NCBI GenBank assembly: GCA_965224025.1
Contig: OZ245033.1
Location: 3,360,001 to 3,424,000 of the forward strand
Direction of reading: 5' to 3'
DNA length: 64,000 nt
DNA from: Candidatus Multivorans sp.
Lineage (GTDB): Bacteria; Acidobacteriota; Thermoanaerobaculia; Multivoradales; Multivoraceae
Shown: in pieces, positions 50,760 to 61,400 of the stretch
Numbering within the stretch: position 1 is the first letter of the stretch
How the letters are laid out: the number at the start of each line of letters is the position of its first letter
Notes under the pieces: model-generated
The model's database searches: none
The model's input: only the letters and a program-made list of their open reading frames with translations
Told to the model about the DNA's origin: nothing
Translations under genes and position numbers: made by a program

Positions 50760-51177
50760 GCCGGAGGACCGGATGCGGTCGCTCCCGGCGGCGCCGCCGC
50801 CGGGGGAGGAAAGTCCGGACTCCAACGGACGGCATGCTTGCTAACGGCAAGGCGTGGTGACGCGACGGAAAGTGCAACAGAGAGCAGACCGCCGGCCCGA
50901 GGGTTCCGGAGTCCGATCCGGGCTTCGGCTGCTGGAGGGCCGGCAAGGGTGAAACGGTGCGGTAAGAGCGCACCGCTCGGCCGGTGACGGTGCGAGGCGA
51001 TGGCAAACCCCATGTGGAGCAAGACCAAATAGGGAGCGCGGATCGGGCTGTCCGTCCCGATTCCGGGCTGTTTGCAGCCCGGGACGCCCTCCGGGTAGGT
51101 CGCAGAGATGAATGGCCGCCTCCCCTTAGCCTCCAGGTGAGGGGACGAACAGAATCCGGCTTACGAGGTCCTCCGGC
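50760..51177 (+). ncRNA. rnpB: RNase P RNA (type A)
   Basis: GAGGAAAGTCCGGACTCC, GAAAGTGCAACAGA, GGTGAAACGGTGCGGTAAGAGCGCACC, GGCAAACCCC...GAGCAAG, ACAGAATCCGGCTTA; P1 GCCGGAGGACC/GGTCCTCCGGC. Confidence 0.96.
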
Positions 51178-51179
51178 AC

Positions 51180-52115
51180 TTGACCTTTCGTAGCAGCGGA
51201 GCCCGGCCCGGCGCGAAACGTCCGGCCGCCGCTCGGCCCGGGGACCGGATCGGGATCGCCGCGCTCTCGGGACCGATCGACGAGGAACGCCTAGCCACGG
51301 GCGTAGCGGCACTCGAGGACCTCGGTTTCGAAGTGGTGCTGGCGTCCAACCTGCGTCCCGGAGCGACCCACGAAGGGAGGGCCCTCTTCGCGGGTTCGGA
51401 CCGTCAGCGTCTGGCGGCGTTCCACGAATTGGCCGCGGACGACAGCGTGGCCGGAATCGTCTTCGCCCGCGGCGGATACGGCGTCACCAGGCTGCTGGAG
51501 AGGATCGACTGGCCGCTGCTGGCGTCCCGACCGCGGCCTTACGTGGGCTACTCCGACCTGACTCCCATGCTCCTGGGCCTCGTGGCGCGCACCGGCACAG
51601 TTGCCTACCACGGTCCGATGGTGGTCGACTTCGCGCGTGGACTGCGGCCGGACGAAAGGACGTCCTTCCTCGACGCGCTGGCCGGGGAGCCGGGTGCGAC
51701 GTGGCAGTTGGAGCCGGTTGTCCGCGGGCTGTCGGCCGGCCGACCGGAGGCAACCCGCGGGCGGCTGCTCGGCGGCTGCCTGAGCATGCTGGCGGCCACG
51801 ATCGGGACGGGTTTTCCGCTCGACTTTCGGAACTCCATCCTCGTGCTCGAGGACATCGACGAGCCGGAGTACAGGATCGACCGGCTACTGGTCCAACTCC
51901 GGACATCGCGCGTTCTGGCCGGTGTGCGGGCGGTAGTTGGCGGCCACTTCACGAACTGCGACGCGCGCGACAGCCTGATCGACTTCGCGGAGGCGCTCGG
52001 TGTGCCGCTCCTGGTCGGGTTGCCGGCAGGCCACGAGGCGCCCAATCACACGTTGCCCCTGGGAACCGCGGTCCGGCTCGATCCGGCGGCGGGCACGCTC
52101 AAGGTGATGGCCTGA
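51180..52115 (+). CDS. LD-carboxypeptidase (peptidase S66)
   Basis: ARGGYG, GYSD (nucleophile), HGPM, LEDIDE, PAGH. Confidence 0.92.
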   Translation: MTFRSSGARPGAKRPAAARPGDRIGIAALSGPIDEERLATGVAALEDLGFEVVLASNLRPGATHEGRALFAGSDRQRLAAFHELAADDSVAGIVFARGGYGVTRLLERIDWPLLASRPRPYVGYSDLTPMLLGLVARTGTVAYHGPMVVDFARGLRPDERTSFLDALAGEPGATWQLEPVVRGLSAGRPEATRGRLLGGCLSMLAATIGTGFPLDFRNSILVLEDIDEPEYRIDRLLVQLRTSRVLAGVRAVVGGHFTNCDARDSLIDFAEALGVPLLVGLPAGHEAPNHTLPLGTAVRLDPAAGTLKVMA

Positions 52116-52118
52116 GGA

Positions 52119-52189
52119 CGGCGGAATTGCCGGAAGCCGGCGCTTCGCGCCGGATGCCGGCCAGAGGCCGGCGCACCCGGTTTCCGCCG
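52119..52189. repeat. REP/MITE-like structured repeat, copy 4
   Basis: CGGCGGAA...CCGGCGCTTCGCGCCGG ATGCCGGCCAGAGGCCGGCGCACCCGG...TTCCGCCG. Confidence 0.78.
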
Positions 52190-52212
52190 CGCGCATAGCA
52201 TCCCGCGCAACG

Positions 52213-54351
52213 ATGGAAGCGCGCGACCCGATCACCAGTGCGCGCGGTGTGGGCCCCGTGTTGGGCCGCCGGTTGGCGGCCGCCGGTTGTCGGCGGATAG
52301 CGGACATGCTGGCTCACCTGCCCATCCGGTACGAGGACCGGCGCACGCTCGGACGCCTGCCCGGGCCGGGGAACGCCGGGCCGTCCGAGAACGCGCCGTG
52401 TCCGTTGACCGTAGTGGTGCGGCTGGAGAAGCTGAGGCGGGTGTTCGGCCGCGGCCGATTCTCGCGCGTGGAGGCGTTCGCGCACGACGGCGAGAACGGG
52501 GCCGGCGTGGTCTGGTTCAACCGGCCCTATCTGCTGAATCAACTGGAGGAGGGGGCGTCCTACCTGCTCCACGGCGTGCCCAGGCGTCGGGACGGGGACG
52601 GCGCCTGGGAACTGGCGAACCCGACCGTCGAGCGGGTGGGTGAGGAGCCGGTGGATGGAGGCGGCGTACGGCCGGTGTACGGCCGCATCGGAGACGTGCC
52701 GCCATCGCGGGTGGAGCGCCTGGTGGGCGGGGTCGTGTGCGACCTGGCGGAGTCCCGGGGCCCCAACTGGATCGACGAGTGGTTGCCCGGCGAGGAGTTG
52801 GCGCGGCACGGGCTGCCCAGCCTGGCCGAAGCCCTCGCCGAGGTTCATCGGCCAACGCCTCTGGCTTCGGTCGAAGAACTGAACGAGCGGCGCAGTCCGG
52901 CCCATGCCCGCCTCGCCTACGGCGAGTTCCTGCTCCAGCAGTTGCAGCTCGCCGCTGTTCGCAGGCAGCGCAGCCGGCAGGGGAAGCCGCACCGGTACCG
53001 GACCTGTGACGCGGTCTGGAGCGCGGCGCGGGATTTGCTGCCCTTCCAGTTGACCGGGGCCCAGGAACGGGTGCTGCGGGAGATCCTCGCCGATCTCTCG
53101 GGGCCGCGGCCGATGCTCCGCCTGGTGCAGGGCGATGTCGGCAGCGGCAAGACGGTCATCGCCGCCCTGGCCTTCGTGGCCGCGGCGCGGAGCGGTCTCC
53201 AGTCGGCCCTGATGGCGCCGACGGAGTTGCTCGCCGAGCAGCACTTCGCTTCCCTGGAGCGGTTGCTGGGATCACGCCTCACGCTGGCCCTCGTGACCTC
53301 CAGCCAGCGCGTCGCCAGCGACGGCGGCGGCGCGGTGCAGGAGCGGGTCGCCGCCGGCCGGATCGACCTCACCGTCGGCACTCACGCGTTGATCCAGGAG
53401 CGGACGCGCTTCGCGCGCCTGGGATTCGCCGTGATCGACGAGCAGCATCGTTTCGGCGTCGCACAGCGCCAGTCCCTGGCGGAGAAGGGGCTGCGGCCCG
53501 ACCTCCTGGTCATGACCGCGACGCCGATACCGAGGTCGCTGGCGTTGACCGTGTACGGTGACCTGGACGTGTCGATGCTCGACGAGATGCCGCCCGGCCG
53601 CGGTCCGATCGAGACCCGGGTGATGACCGGGGACCAGCGGGATCAGGCCGTGGCGCTGGTCCGCGAGCGGCTCCGGCGCGGCGGCCGGGCATACGTCGTC
53701 TTTCCCCTGATCGACGCCGGCGAGGGGGGCTTCGCGGCGTTGCCGTCTCTCGAGGAGTCGGGGGCCTGGTGGGCCGAGGCGCTCGGCGAGCCTCACGGTG
53801 TCGTCCACGGTCGCCTGGGGCGCGACGAGCGCGACGCGACGATGAGTCGCTTCTCGGAGGGCTCGATCCGGGTGCTGCTGGCGACGACGGTGATCGAGGT
53901 CGGCGTCGACGTACCGGAGGCGACCGCGATGGTGGTCCTCGGTGCGGAGCGGTTCGGACTGGCCCAACTGCACCAGCTTCGGGGCCGCATCGGCCGCGGA
54001 ACGGACCAGGCGCTCGGGGAGTCGATCTGCATCGCCGTCTGCGGCGGGTCGTCGGCCGAGGCACAGCGGCGGTTGGCTGTCTTCGAGGCATCGAACGACG
54101 GCTTCCTGATCGCGGAGGAAGATCTTCGTCAGCGCGGCCCCGGTGAGGTGCTCGGAACCCGTCAGGCCGGTCTGCCGCAGTTCCGCTTCGGAAATCCGGC
54201 CCGGGACTGGAAGTGGCTGGTGGCGGCGCGTGCGGACGCCGCGAGGCTTCTCGACCGGCTCGCGGAACCCGGGAACGAGCCGCTTCGACGGCAATTGGAG
54301 CGCCGGATTCCCGCGCTCGTAGCCCCGGCGCGAGGGACCGCCGAGCCGTGA
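52213..54351 (+). CDS. recG: ATP-dependent DNA helicase RecG
   Basis: QGDVGSGKT, DEQHRFGV, MTATPIPRSL, AERFGLAQLHQLRGRIGRG, DGF.IAE.DL..RGPG. Confidence 0.97.
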   Translation: MEARDPITSARGVGPVLGRRLAAAGCRRIADMLAHLPIRYEDRRTLGRLPGPGNAGPSENAPCPLTVVVRLEKLRRVFGRGRFSRVEAFAHDGENGAGVVWFNRPYLLNQLEEGASYLLHGVPRRRDGDGAWELANPTVERVGEEPVDGGGVRPVYGRIGDVPPSRVERLVGGVVCDLAESRGPNWIDEWLPGEELARHGLPSLAEALAEVHRPTPLASVEELNERRSPAHARLAYGEFLLQQLQLAAVRRQRSRQGKPHRYRTCDAVWSAARDLLPFQLTGAQERVLREILADLSGPRPMLRLVQGDVGSGKTVIAALAFVAAARSGLQSALMAPTELLAEQHFASLERLLGSRLTLALVTSSQRVASDGGGAVQERVAAGRIDLTVGTHALIQERTRFARLGFAVIDEQHRFGVAQRQSLAEKGLRPDLLVMTATPIPRSLALTVYGDLDVSMLDEMPPGRGPIETRVMTGDQRDQAVALVRERLRRGGRAYVVFPLIDAGEGGFAALPSLEESGAWWAEALGEPHGVVHGRLGRDERDATMSRFSEGSIRVLLATTVIEVGVDVPEATAMVVLGAERFGLAQLHQLRGRIGRGTDQALGESICIAVCGGSSAEAQRRLAVFEASNDGFLIAEEDLRQRGPGEVLGTRQAGLPQFRFGNPARDWKWLVAARADAARLLDRLAEPGNEPLRRQLERRIPALVAPARGTAEP

Positions 54352-55547
54352 AGGTCCTCCTGGTCGCCAATGTCCTGCCGCCGCGGGATCTCTCCGGCGC
54401 CGGCGAACAGGTGCTGCAGCTCGCCTGGGGCCTGCGTGAGGCGGGCTGCGAAGTCGAGGTTCTCGGCCGCGACGGGTGCGGTCCGAAGGTCTCGAGAACC
54501 CTGTTCCCCTGGTACGCCCGGCGTGCCGTTGCGCGACGGGTCGGCGAGTGGCGGCCGGACGTGGTCCAGATGCACGAGAGCGACGGCGGTCTGGTGATCC
54601 GGGATCTTGCCCGGCAGGGCGGCGCCCACCGGCCCGTGCTTGCAGCCCTCCAGCAGGTGAGCTATGTCCGGGAGCGCCGGGCGGTCCGTCCGCTCGTCGA
54701 TGGCGACCGTGGCGCCGCGGTGGTTGCCCGCCCCGCGATGAGCGAGCGTGTCTTCCGCTCGCTGCGCACGCCTCTGCACATCGCGCTGGGCCGGATCACG
54801 GCCCGGTGCGCCGACGTACGCCTCGCCCCGAGCCGGGTCACCGCGAGGGAGATCGAACTCGACTACGGCGTCAACGGCGTTCAGGTGGTCCCCAACGTGA
54901 CGGGAGCGCCCCTGGACCACCAGGACGACCGCGACGCACCGGGTAGCCGGGGTGACGACGTCTCCGGGCAGGCGCCGTTCGTGCTCGCGGTCGGCCGGAT
55001 GCGGATCCGCAAGGGGTTCGAGATCCTCCTCCATGCTCTGGCGGCGGCCCGTGAACGGGGGCATCGGCCGCGGCTGATCGTCGCGGGCGACGGGGAGCGG
55101 CGTGAATCGCTCTCCGCGCTGGCGCGCAGCCTGCGGCTGGGAACGAGCGTACGGTTCGCGGGCCGCTGTTCGCGGTCGGAAGTCGCCCGGTTGCGGCAGC
55201 GGGCGACGGCCCTCGTCGTTCCCTCCACCTACGAAGGCATGCCGCTGGTGGTCCTCGAGGCGATGGGCGACGGGATCCCCGTCATCGCCTCTGCCGTCAG
55301 CGGCATTCCGGAGGTCGTCGTCGATGGGGAAACCGGCTGGCTGGTGCCGCCGGAACGTTCGAGCGCTCTCGCCGACGCGTTGATCGCGGCAGCGTCCGAC
55401 CCCGCTGAATCCCGTCGGCGCGGCGAGGCGGGACGGCGCCGGCTGGACCGGGGCTACCGGCCGCGGCACGCCGCGCAACACTGGTTGGAGGCACTGGAGC
55501 GAGTAGGTGGATCGCCGCCGCCGGTGTGGAAGAATCCAGACGGATGA
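54348..55547 (+). CDS. Glycosyltransferase family 4
   Basis: VGRM...KG, AGDG, EGMPLVVLEAM (EX7E), SGIPEVV.DG.TG. Confidence 0.9.
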   Translation: MKVLLVANVLPPRDLSGAGEQVLQLAWGLREAGCEVEVLGRDGCGPKVSRTLFPWYARRAVARRVGEWRPDVVQMHESDGGLVIRDLARQGGAHRPVLAALQQVSYVRERRAVRPLVDGDRGAAVVARPAMSERVFRSLRTPLHIALGRITARCADVRLAPSRVTAREIELDYGVNGVQVVPNVTGAPLDHQDDRDAPGSRGDDVSGQAPFVLAVGRMRIRKGFEILLHALAAARERGHRPRLIVAGDGERRESLSALARSLRLGTSVRFAGRCSRSEVARLRQRATALVVPSTYEGMPLVVLEAMGDGIPVIASAVSGIPEVVVDGETGWLVPPERSSALADALIAAASDPAESRRRGEAGRRRLDRGYRPRHAAQHWLEALERVGGSPPPVWKNPDG

Positions 55548-56347
55548 GTACAGGACCCGCCAGCTCCCGGGCGGCAACGAGTTTGCTGCCGGCCTCCTGG
55601 CGAGTCGAGTTACCGGAGTTCGAGGGTCCCCTCGATCTGTTGCTTCACCTGGTGCGAATCAACGAGATCGAGATCACGGACATTCCGGTTGCCCTGATCT
55701 GCGACCAGTTCCATGAGTATCTTGGCCTGATGGACGAACTGGATCTCGACATCGCCGCCGAGTACATCTACGAAGCGGCGCTCCTGATTCAGATCAAGGC
55801 CAGAGTCTTGCTGCCGCAACACGAACCCGCGCCGGGAGAAGAGCCGGAAGATCCGCGCCGGGAACTGATCGAGCGGTTGCTGGAGTACCAGCGGCTCAAG
55901 GAGGCGGCACAGACCCTGGCCGAAGTCGACGACCTGCGCCATGGGCTCTGGACCCGCGGCGCCAAGGAAACCGTAGGGCCGGGTGAGGACGACGACTTCG
56001 ACATGGGCGATCTGTCGCTGTTCGACCTGCTGCAGGTGCTGCGCGGTGTGCTGAAGCGCTATGACGAGGAGCACCCCGGTCCGCTGATCTACCAGGGCGA
56101 GACCTTCAGCGTCCGGGGCCAGATCGAGCGGCTCCTGGGACGCTTCGAGGGTGGGCGGTCGCTCGACCTGAAGGACGACCTGTTCGCTCTGTCGAGCCGG
56201 GCGGAAGCGATCGCGTGTTTCCTCGCCGTACTGGAGATGGCCCGGTTGAATCTGGTTCGGCTCCACGCGTCCGACGCCGGCGCCGTCTTCCTGTTCCGCA
56301 CCACGCGAGCGCTGGATCCGGTTCTGCTGGAGGATCTCACCGGATGA
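55544..56347 (+). CDS. scpA: Segregation/condensation protein A
   Basis: FEGPLDLLLHL, DPRRELIERLLEY, FLAVLEM. Confidence 0.94.
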   Translation: MSTGPASSRAATSLLPASWRVELPEFEGPLDLLLHLVRINEIEITDIPVALICDQFHEYLGLMDELDLDIAAEYIYEAALLIQIKARVLLPQHEPAPGEEPEDPRRELIERLLEYQRLKEAAQTLAEVDDLRHGLWTRGAKETVGPGEDDDFDMGDLSLFDLLQVLRGVLKRYDEEHPGPLIYQGETFSVRGQIERLLGRFEGGRSLDLKDDLFALSSRAEAIACFLAVLEMARLNLVRLHASDAGAVFLFRTTRALDPVLLEDLTG

Positions 56348-56961
56348 CCGACACGGCCGAGATGGAGGCGGTGTTCGAGGCGCTGCTCTTCGCCAGCCCC
56401 GATCCTCAACCCGAGGAGAAGCTACTCGAAGTGTTCCCCGAACAGGATCGGGAACGCGCCGCTGGGGCGCTGGAGGCGGTTCTCGACCGCTACCGGGTTG
56501 ACGATGCGGACGGGCCGCCGAACCGCGGCGTCGTCCTGGACCGGGCCGGCGGCGGGTACCGTCTGGTCACGCGCTCCGACCTGCATCCGTACCTCCGCAG
56601 GTTCTTCGAGGTGGCGGGCCGCAGCAGGCTGTCCATGGCCGCGGTGGAAACGCTTGCGATCGTCGCCTACCGCCAGCCGGTCACGAGCCCGGAGATCCAG
56701 GAACTGCGGAGCAGGAACTCCTCGGGGGTGTTGAAGACGCTCCTCGAGCGCCGGTTGATCCGGATCTCCGGTCGCAAGGAAGTCGTCGGGAGTCCCTTCC
56801 TCTACGCCACGACGCGCGACTTTCTGCTGCACTTCGGTCTGCGCTCGCTCAGTGGGCTACCGCCGCTGGAGGAATTCGAAGAGACCTTCCTGGCCGCGGC
56901 CGAGGAAGAACCGTCCCAGAGCGCGATTGCCCTTGCGCCGGCGGAACCGATCGATGGCTGA
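56344..56961 (+). CDS. scpB: Segregation/condensation protein B
   Basis: EALLFAS, LSMAAVETLAIVAYRQPVT, GSPFLYATT..FL..FGL. Confidence 0.95.
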   Translation: MTDTAEMEAVFEALLFASPDPQPEEKLLEVFPEQDRERAAGALEAVLDRYRVDDADGPPNRGVVLDRAGGGYRLVTRSDLHPYLRRFFEVAGRSRLSMAAVETLAIVAYRQPVTSPEIQELRSRNSSGVLKTLLERRLIRISGRKEVVGSPFLYATTRDFLLHFGLRSLSGLPPLEEFEETFLAAAEEEPSQSAIALAPAEPIDG

Positions 56962-57769
56962 GGAGCTCAGGGGGGAGCGGCTACAGAAGATCCTCTCCCG
57001 TGCCGGAATTTCCTCACGGCGGGCCGCGGAGGATCTGATCCGCGCAGGCCGGGTCACGATCGGCGACCGGGTCGCGGTGCTCGGCGATCGAGTGGAGCAG
57101 CGGGGAAGGGGAACTGAGACGGTGCGAGTCGACGGCGAGCCCATCGCGCAGACCGCCTCCGCGCTCTACGTCCTGCTGAACAAGCCGGCCGGCCACGTCA
57201 CGACCCGCAGCGACCCGGAAGGGCGCCCCACGGTCATGGACCTCCTCCCCGAGAGGTGGCGCGGACGGCTCAAGCCCGTCGGACGGCTCGACTACCGGAC
57301 CGAAGGTCTGCTCCTCTTCACCGACGACGGCGATCTCGCCAACCGCCTGACCCATCCCCGCTTCGGATGCTCCAAGCGGTATCTTCTGAAGGTCCGGGGT
57401 TTTCCCGGCAAGGCGGCGGTCGAGCGACTCGGGCGGGGCATGTTCATCGCGGGCCGGCGAACGGCGCCGGTGACGCCGCGCCAGGTGCGAACACGACGGG
57501 GAGGCAGGACCGCACGGTCGTCGAGTTGGTGGGAGATGGAACTGCGTGAGGGGAGGACCCGGCAGATCCGGGAGATGTTCTTCCGCGTCGGACACCCGGT
57601 GCAGCGACTGCGCCGGGTGGCGATCGGCCGTCTCGAGGATGCCGGGCTCCGGTCGGGGAGCTGGCGCGAACTCTCGCCCGGAGAAGTGGCGACCCTGCGG
57701 GCCGGTTCGGGGCCGGTCTCGGGAAAGCGCTCCAGCGGCGGCCGTCGGCGGGGACCGCGGCGCCGGTGA
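56954..57769 (+). CDS. rluB: Pseudouridine synthase (RluB/RsuA family)
   Basis: ERLQKILSRAGISSRR (S4 domain), NKPAG, VGRLD, EGR.RQIR.M; follows scpAB. Confidence 0.88.
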   Translation: MAEELRGERLQKILSRAGISSRRAAEDLIRAGRVTIGDRVAVLGDRVEQRGRGTETVRVDGEPIAQTASALYVLLNKPAGHVTTRSDPEGRPTVMDLLPERWRGRLKPVGRLDYRTEGLLLFTDDGDLANRLTHPRFGCSKRYLLKVRGFPGKAAVERLGRGMFIAGRRTAPVTPRQVRTRRGGRTARSSSWWEMELREGRTRQIREMFFRVGHPVQRLRRVAIGRLEDAGLRSGSWRELSPGEVATLRAGSGPVSGKRSSGGRRRGPRRR

Positions 57770-58428
57770 CGATCGTCGCCATCGACGGCCCGGCCGGCGT
57801 CGGCAAGAGCACCGTGGCCCGGAGGGTCGCGGCGAAACTCGGCGTTCCCTATCTCGATACGGGCGCCATGTACCGAGCGGTCGCGTGGAAGGCGCTGGAG
57901 GTCGGTCTTGACCCGGCCGAGGAGTCGGCAATGGAGAAGCTGATCGGAAGCATCGGGTTCGAGTTGCGCATCCGGGTAGCCGAGGCGGAGGTGGTCGTCG
58001 ACGGCTTCGTTCCCGGGCCGCGGCTTCGGACCCCCCGGGTCGATGCGGCGACCTCACGGGTCGCTGTTCATCCCCAGGTGCGTTCCTGGCTGGTCGCCAA
58101 GCAGCGGGAGTTCGCGGCCAGGGAGGGCGCGGTGGTCGAGGGCCGCGACATCGGCACGGTCGTGTTTCCCCGGACCAGGCACAAGTTCTTTCTCCACGCG
58201 CCGCTCGAAGTCCGGACGGAGCGACGCCTGCGCCAGCTTGGCGGCGAGGATGCCGGCGACCGCGAGCGACTCAGGCAGGAGATTGAGGCCCGGGACGAGC
58301 GCGACACCCGGCGCAGCGCCTCGCCGCTGCGGCGCGATGAAAGCTACGAAATGATCGACGCTTCGACCGGTGCGGCCGATCGGATCGTGGCCCGGATTCT
58401 CCGGTCGGTGCGGGCGACGGAGGCGTAG
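57766..58428 (+). CDS. cmk: Cytidylate kinase
   Basis: AIDGPAGVGKST, LDTGAMYR, EGRDIGTVVFP, RD.RD..R..SPL. Confidence 0.96.
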   Translation: MTIVAIDGPAGVGKSTVARRVAAKLGVPYLDTGAMYRAVAWKALEVGLDPAEESAMEKLIGSIGFELRIRVAEAEVVVDGFVPGPRLRTPRVDAATSRVAVHPQVRSWLVAKQREFAAREGAVVEGRDIGTVVFPRTRHKFFLHAPLEVRTERRLRQLGGEDAGDRERLRQEIEARDERDTRRSASPLRRDESYEMIDASTGAADRIVARILRSVRATEA

Positions 58429-58478
58429 AATCCCCTTTGATGAGTGGGGTTCACAGCGGGTTCGGCAGCGACTGACGG

Positions 58479-61400
58479 ATGGCGGCCTCCGCGGACGAGC
58501 GCGGCGGGGGGACTGCCGAGCTTCGCATCATCTTCGGCCTGTTCGCGCTGGCCGCGATCCTGTTGGCCGTCGAACGATGGCCGCGGAGCGACGAGCCGCC
58601 GCTTCCGACTCGGGGGCAGACCGCCGCGATGGAAACGGCCTACCAGGAACTGCTGCTGGATCTGCTGGCGGATGCCGAACGCGCGGCGGAGGGTGTCCGC
58701 CGGACCGGGACGCTCCCGCTCGACTCGGCGGAGGCCAGACAGAGCGTCTTCGAGGAGTTGGATCGGGCCAGCCGCGAAGGCGGCCGCACCCTGGTCCTGG
58801 TCGATCCCGACGGACTGGCGCGGGCCTGGGGCGGCTCAGGGCTGAGGCACGATCTTCCCCTCGATCGCCTCCTGCCGGGAGGGATCAACCAGACGGCCGG
58901 CTTCACGGCAGTTTCGTTGTACGCGGCTGTCGACATGAGCACGGGTGAGGGCGGCTGGCGGCTGGTTGTCGGCAGCAGCTTTCCGACCGACACGTTGCCG
59001 GTCCGAACACCGTTCGGACTGCGGCGTCACGGCGTCAGGTGGTCCGTGCGGGACCACTCCGCGGAACCTCTGGCGCCGGCCCTGGAGGCGAACGGTATTC
59101 GCGAACTCGCGCCGCCGGACGGCGTTCCGGGGCCCTGGTTGCGTCTGCGATTCGAGCCTGCCTCCGAGCGAAAGCCAAGAGCCGCCGGCTCGCTCGCCCT
59201 GGCGGCGCTTGCCCTCGGTGTCGGCTTGTCGCTGGTCTGGGCCTTCCGCCGCTGGACCAGTGGGGCGCCGAAGAGGCCGCGGGCCGCGGCGGCGGCGCTT
59301 GGCCTGATCGGGATCTGCTCGGCAGTGGGCTACGGCCTCTATCGGTGGCGGATCTGGGCGGTCGACGCGGCGGGAGCGCCGGCGGATCTGGGTGTTTCGT
59401 TCGGAGGTCCGGTCGGACATTGGGTGGTTCTGCTGACCAGTTGGGTTCTGCTCGCCGGGACCGCGCTCTGGGCCGCGGGTTGGCCGGACGGTCGGGACTG
59501 GATGCACGTTCTGCTGACCGCTGCCGCGGCGGCTGTCGGAGTCGGCCTGCTTGCCGAAGCTACGCACACGCCCGCACTGCGTGCGTTGCTGGCCGAAGGA
59601 GTTCGCGGCGGTCTCGATGCTCCGAGTCCCGGGGAAGTCGCCGCACTGGCGGCGAGAACGAGTTCCTTCGTGGCGGCGAGCGATCTGAGGGACCTGGCGC
59701 TGGGCGATCCGAACGAGCTCGACGATCACCAGGATCTGGCCCTGGAGCTCTGGCGCCGATCGCCCCTGGCCGCTTCCGAGACGTTCTCGGCCCTCGCCGT
59801 GATCCGGGAGGACGAGATTTCGATTTTCTCCTACGGCTTGCCGGTGGACGCGGCGACCGGCGACCTCGCGGTTGAAAGCGCGCGCTGGCCACGCGGCGAC
59901 CTGCCGGTCTGGCAGCAGCAGCGCAGCGCGTCGGGTGAGGTCACGGCGGTCTCCGCCGGACAGGACTGGGGTGCGGTCCGCTACTGGACAGTGGCGTTTC
60001 CGCGACTCGATGTCTGGAGCAGCGTCACTTCGGGAACTGGCGCAGAACTCGAACTGCGCCTGCTTAGGGGTGGCCCGGGCCGAAGTCGGAGCGGCTCGAA
60101 TCCGCCGGGGAAGGCGCTCATTGCCTATGTCGACGGCGCGGGACGACCGCTCGTCTCGCGGTGGCAGGAGGACTGGCTGCTGCCGGCGCCTTCGGAGGCC
60201 GTGGATCCGCGGCGGGCGATGCGCGTCGAGACACCGGCGGGACCCGCCTTGGCCTGGTTCAACCCCAGCACCCTCGAAGGCCTCTGGGTTGTCGCGCTGC
60301 TGCCCGAGCAGGCCGTGGCGGAGCGCCTGTGGCGCATAGCGACGGTCGCCGCGCGGCTGGTGCTGGCCGTGTCTGCCGTGGCGTTCGCCGTGCTCCTGAT
60401 CGGCCTGCCGACGGCGAAACTGCGTGGGAGCCTCCTGCCCGATGTCCGGCGCTACTCGGTCCGGCTTACGGCGGTGCTGGCTCTGATCGCGATCGTGCCG
60501 CTGACGCTGCTCAACGGGTTGCTCTTTCGCAATCTGGGCGCCCGGATGCAGGCCGAGCAGGAAGTAGCCGGCCGTACCGCCCTCGTGTCGCTCGAGTACG
60601 TTCTGACGGACTTTCTTCTTGGATTGGAGGCGGGATTCTCGATGGACGCCCAGTTGGACCATGAACTCCTGGCCTGGCTGGCGGAAGTCGTGGGACACGA
60701 AGTGAACCTGTATTGGCGAGGCGGCGTCTATGCGTCGAGCAAGCCGGACCTCTTCACCGCCGGATTGATGCCCAAGCGCATTCCGGGAAACGTGTACGGC
60801 AGGTTGGCCCTGCTCGGCCACCCGACCGCCGCCCGCGTTCAGACGGCGGGCCGGGGCGCGTCCTACCTCGAGCTGTACACGCCGGTGTCCCTGGGAGAGG
60901 AGCGTCCGGGGCAATCGGGTCTGTTCGTGTCGGTGCCGCTGCTGGCGCAACAGGAGGCGGCCACCCGCGAACTCGCCGCCCTGAGGCGGCAGGCCCTGGT
61001 CATCACCACGGCGCTGGTGCTGTTGCTGGTCACCGTCGGTGCTCGGCTCGCGCGGGGATTCACCCGTCCGCTTATGCGCATGATCGACGGCGCCGGCCGG
61101 ATCGCCGGCGGCGCGGCCTCACTCGGCTTTGAGCCGCAGGAGACGGAGCTGAAGACGCTTGCCGGCGCCATCGACGGCATGGCGGCGCGGATCGCCGCGA
61201 ACCGCGCCCGGGAGGAGGCGGCACAGCGGCTGGAGGCCTGGGCTGAGATGGCGCGGCTGATCGCGCACGAAGTGAAGAACCCGCTGACCCCGATCCGCCT
61301 CTCGACCGAGCACCTGCGGCAGGTGTGGCGGGATGCCCCGGAGCGGCTGGAAGAGATCTTCGAGCGCTGCACCGACAACATCCTGGTTCAGGTTGACGAA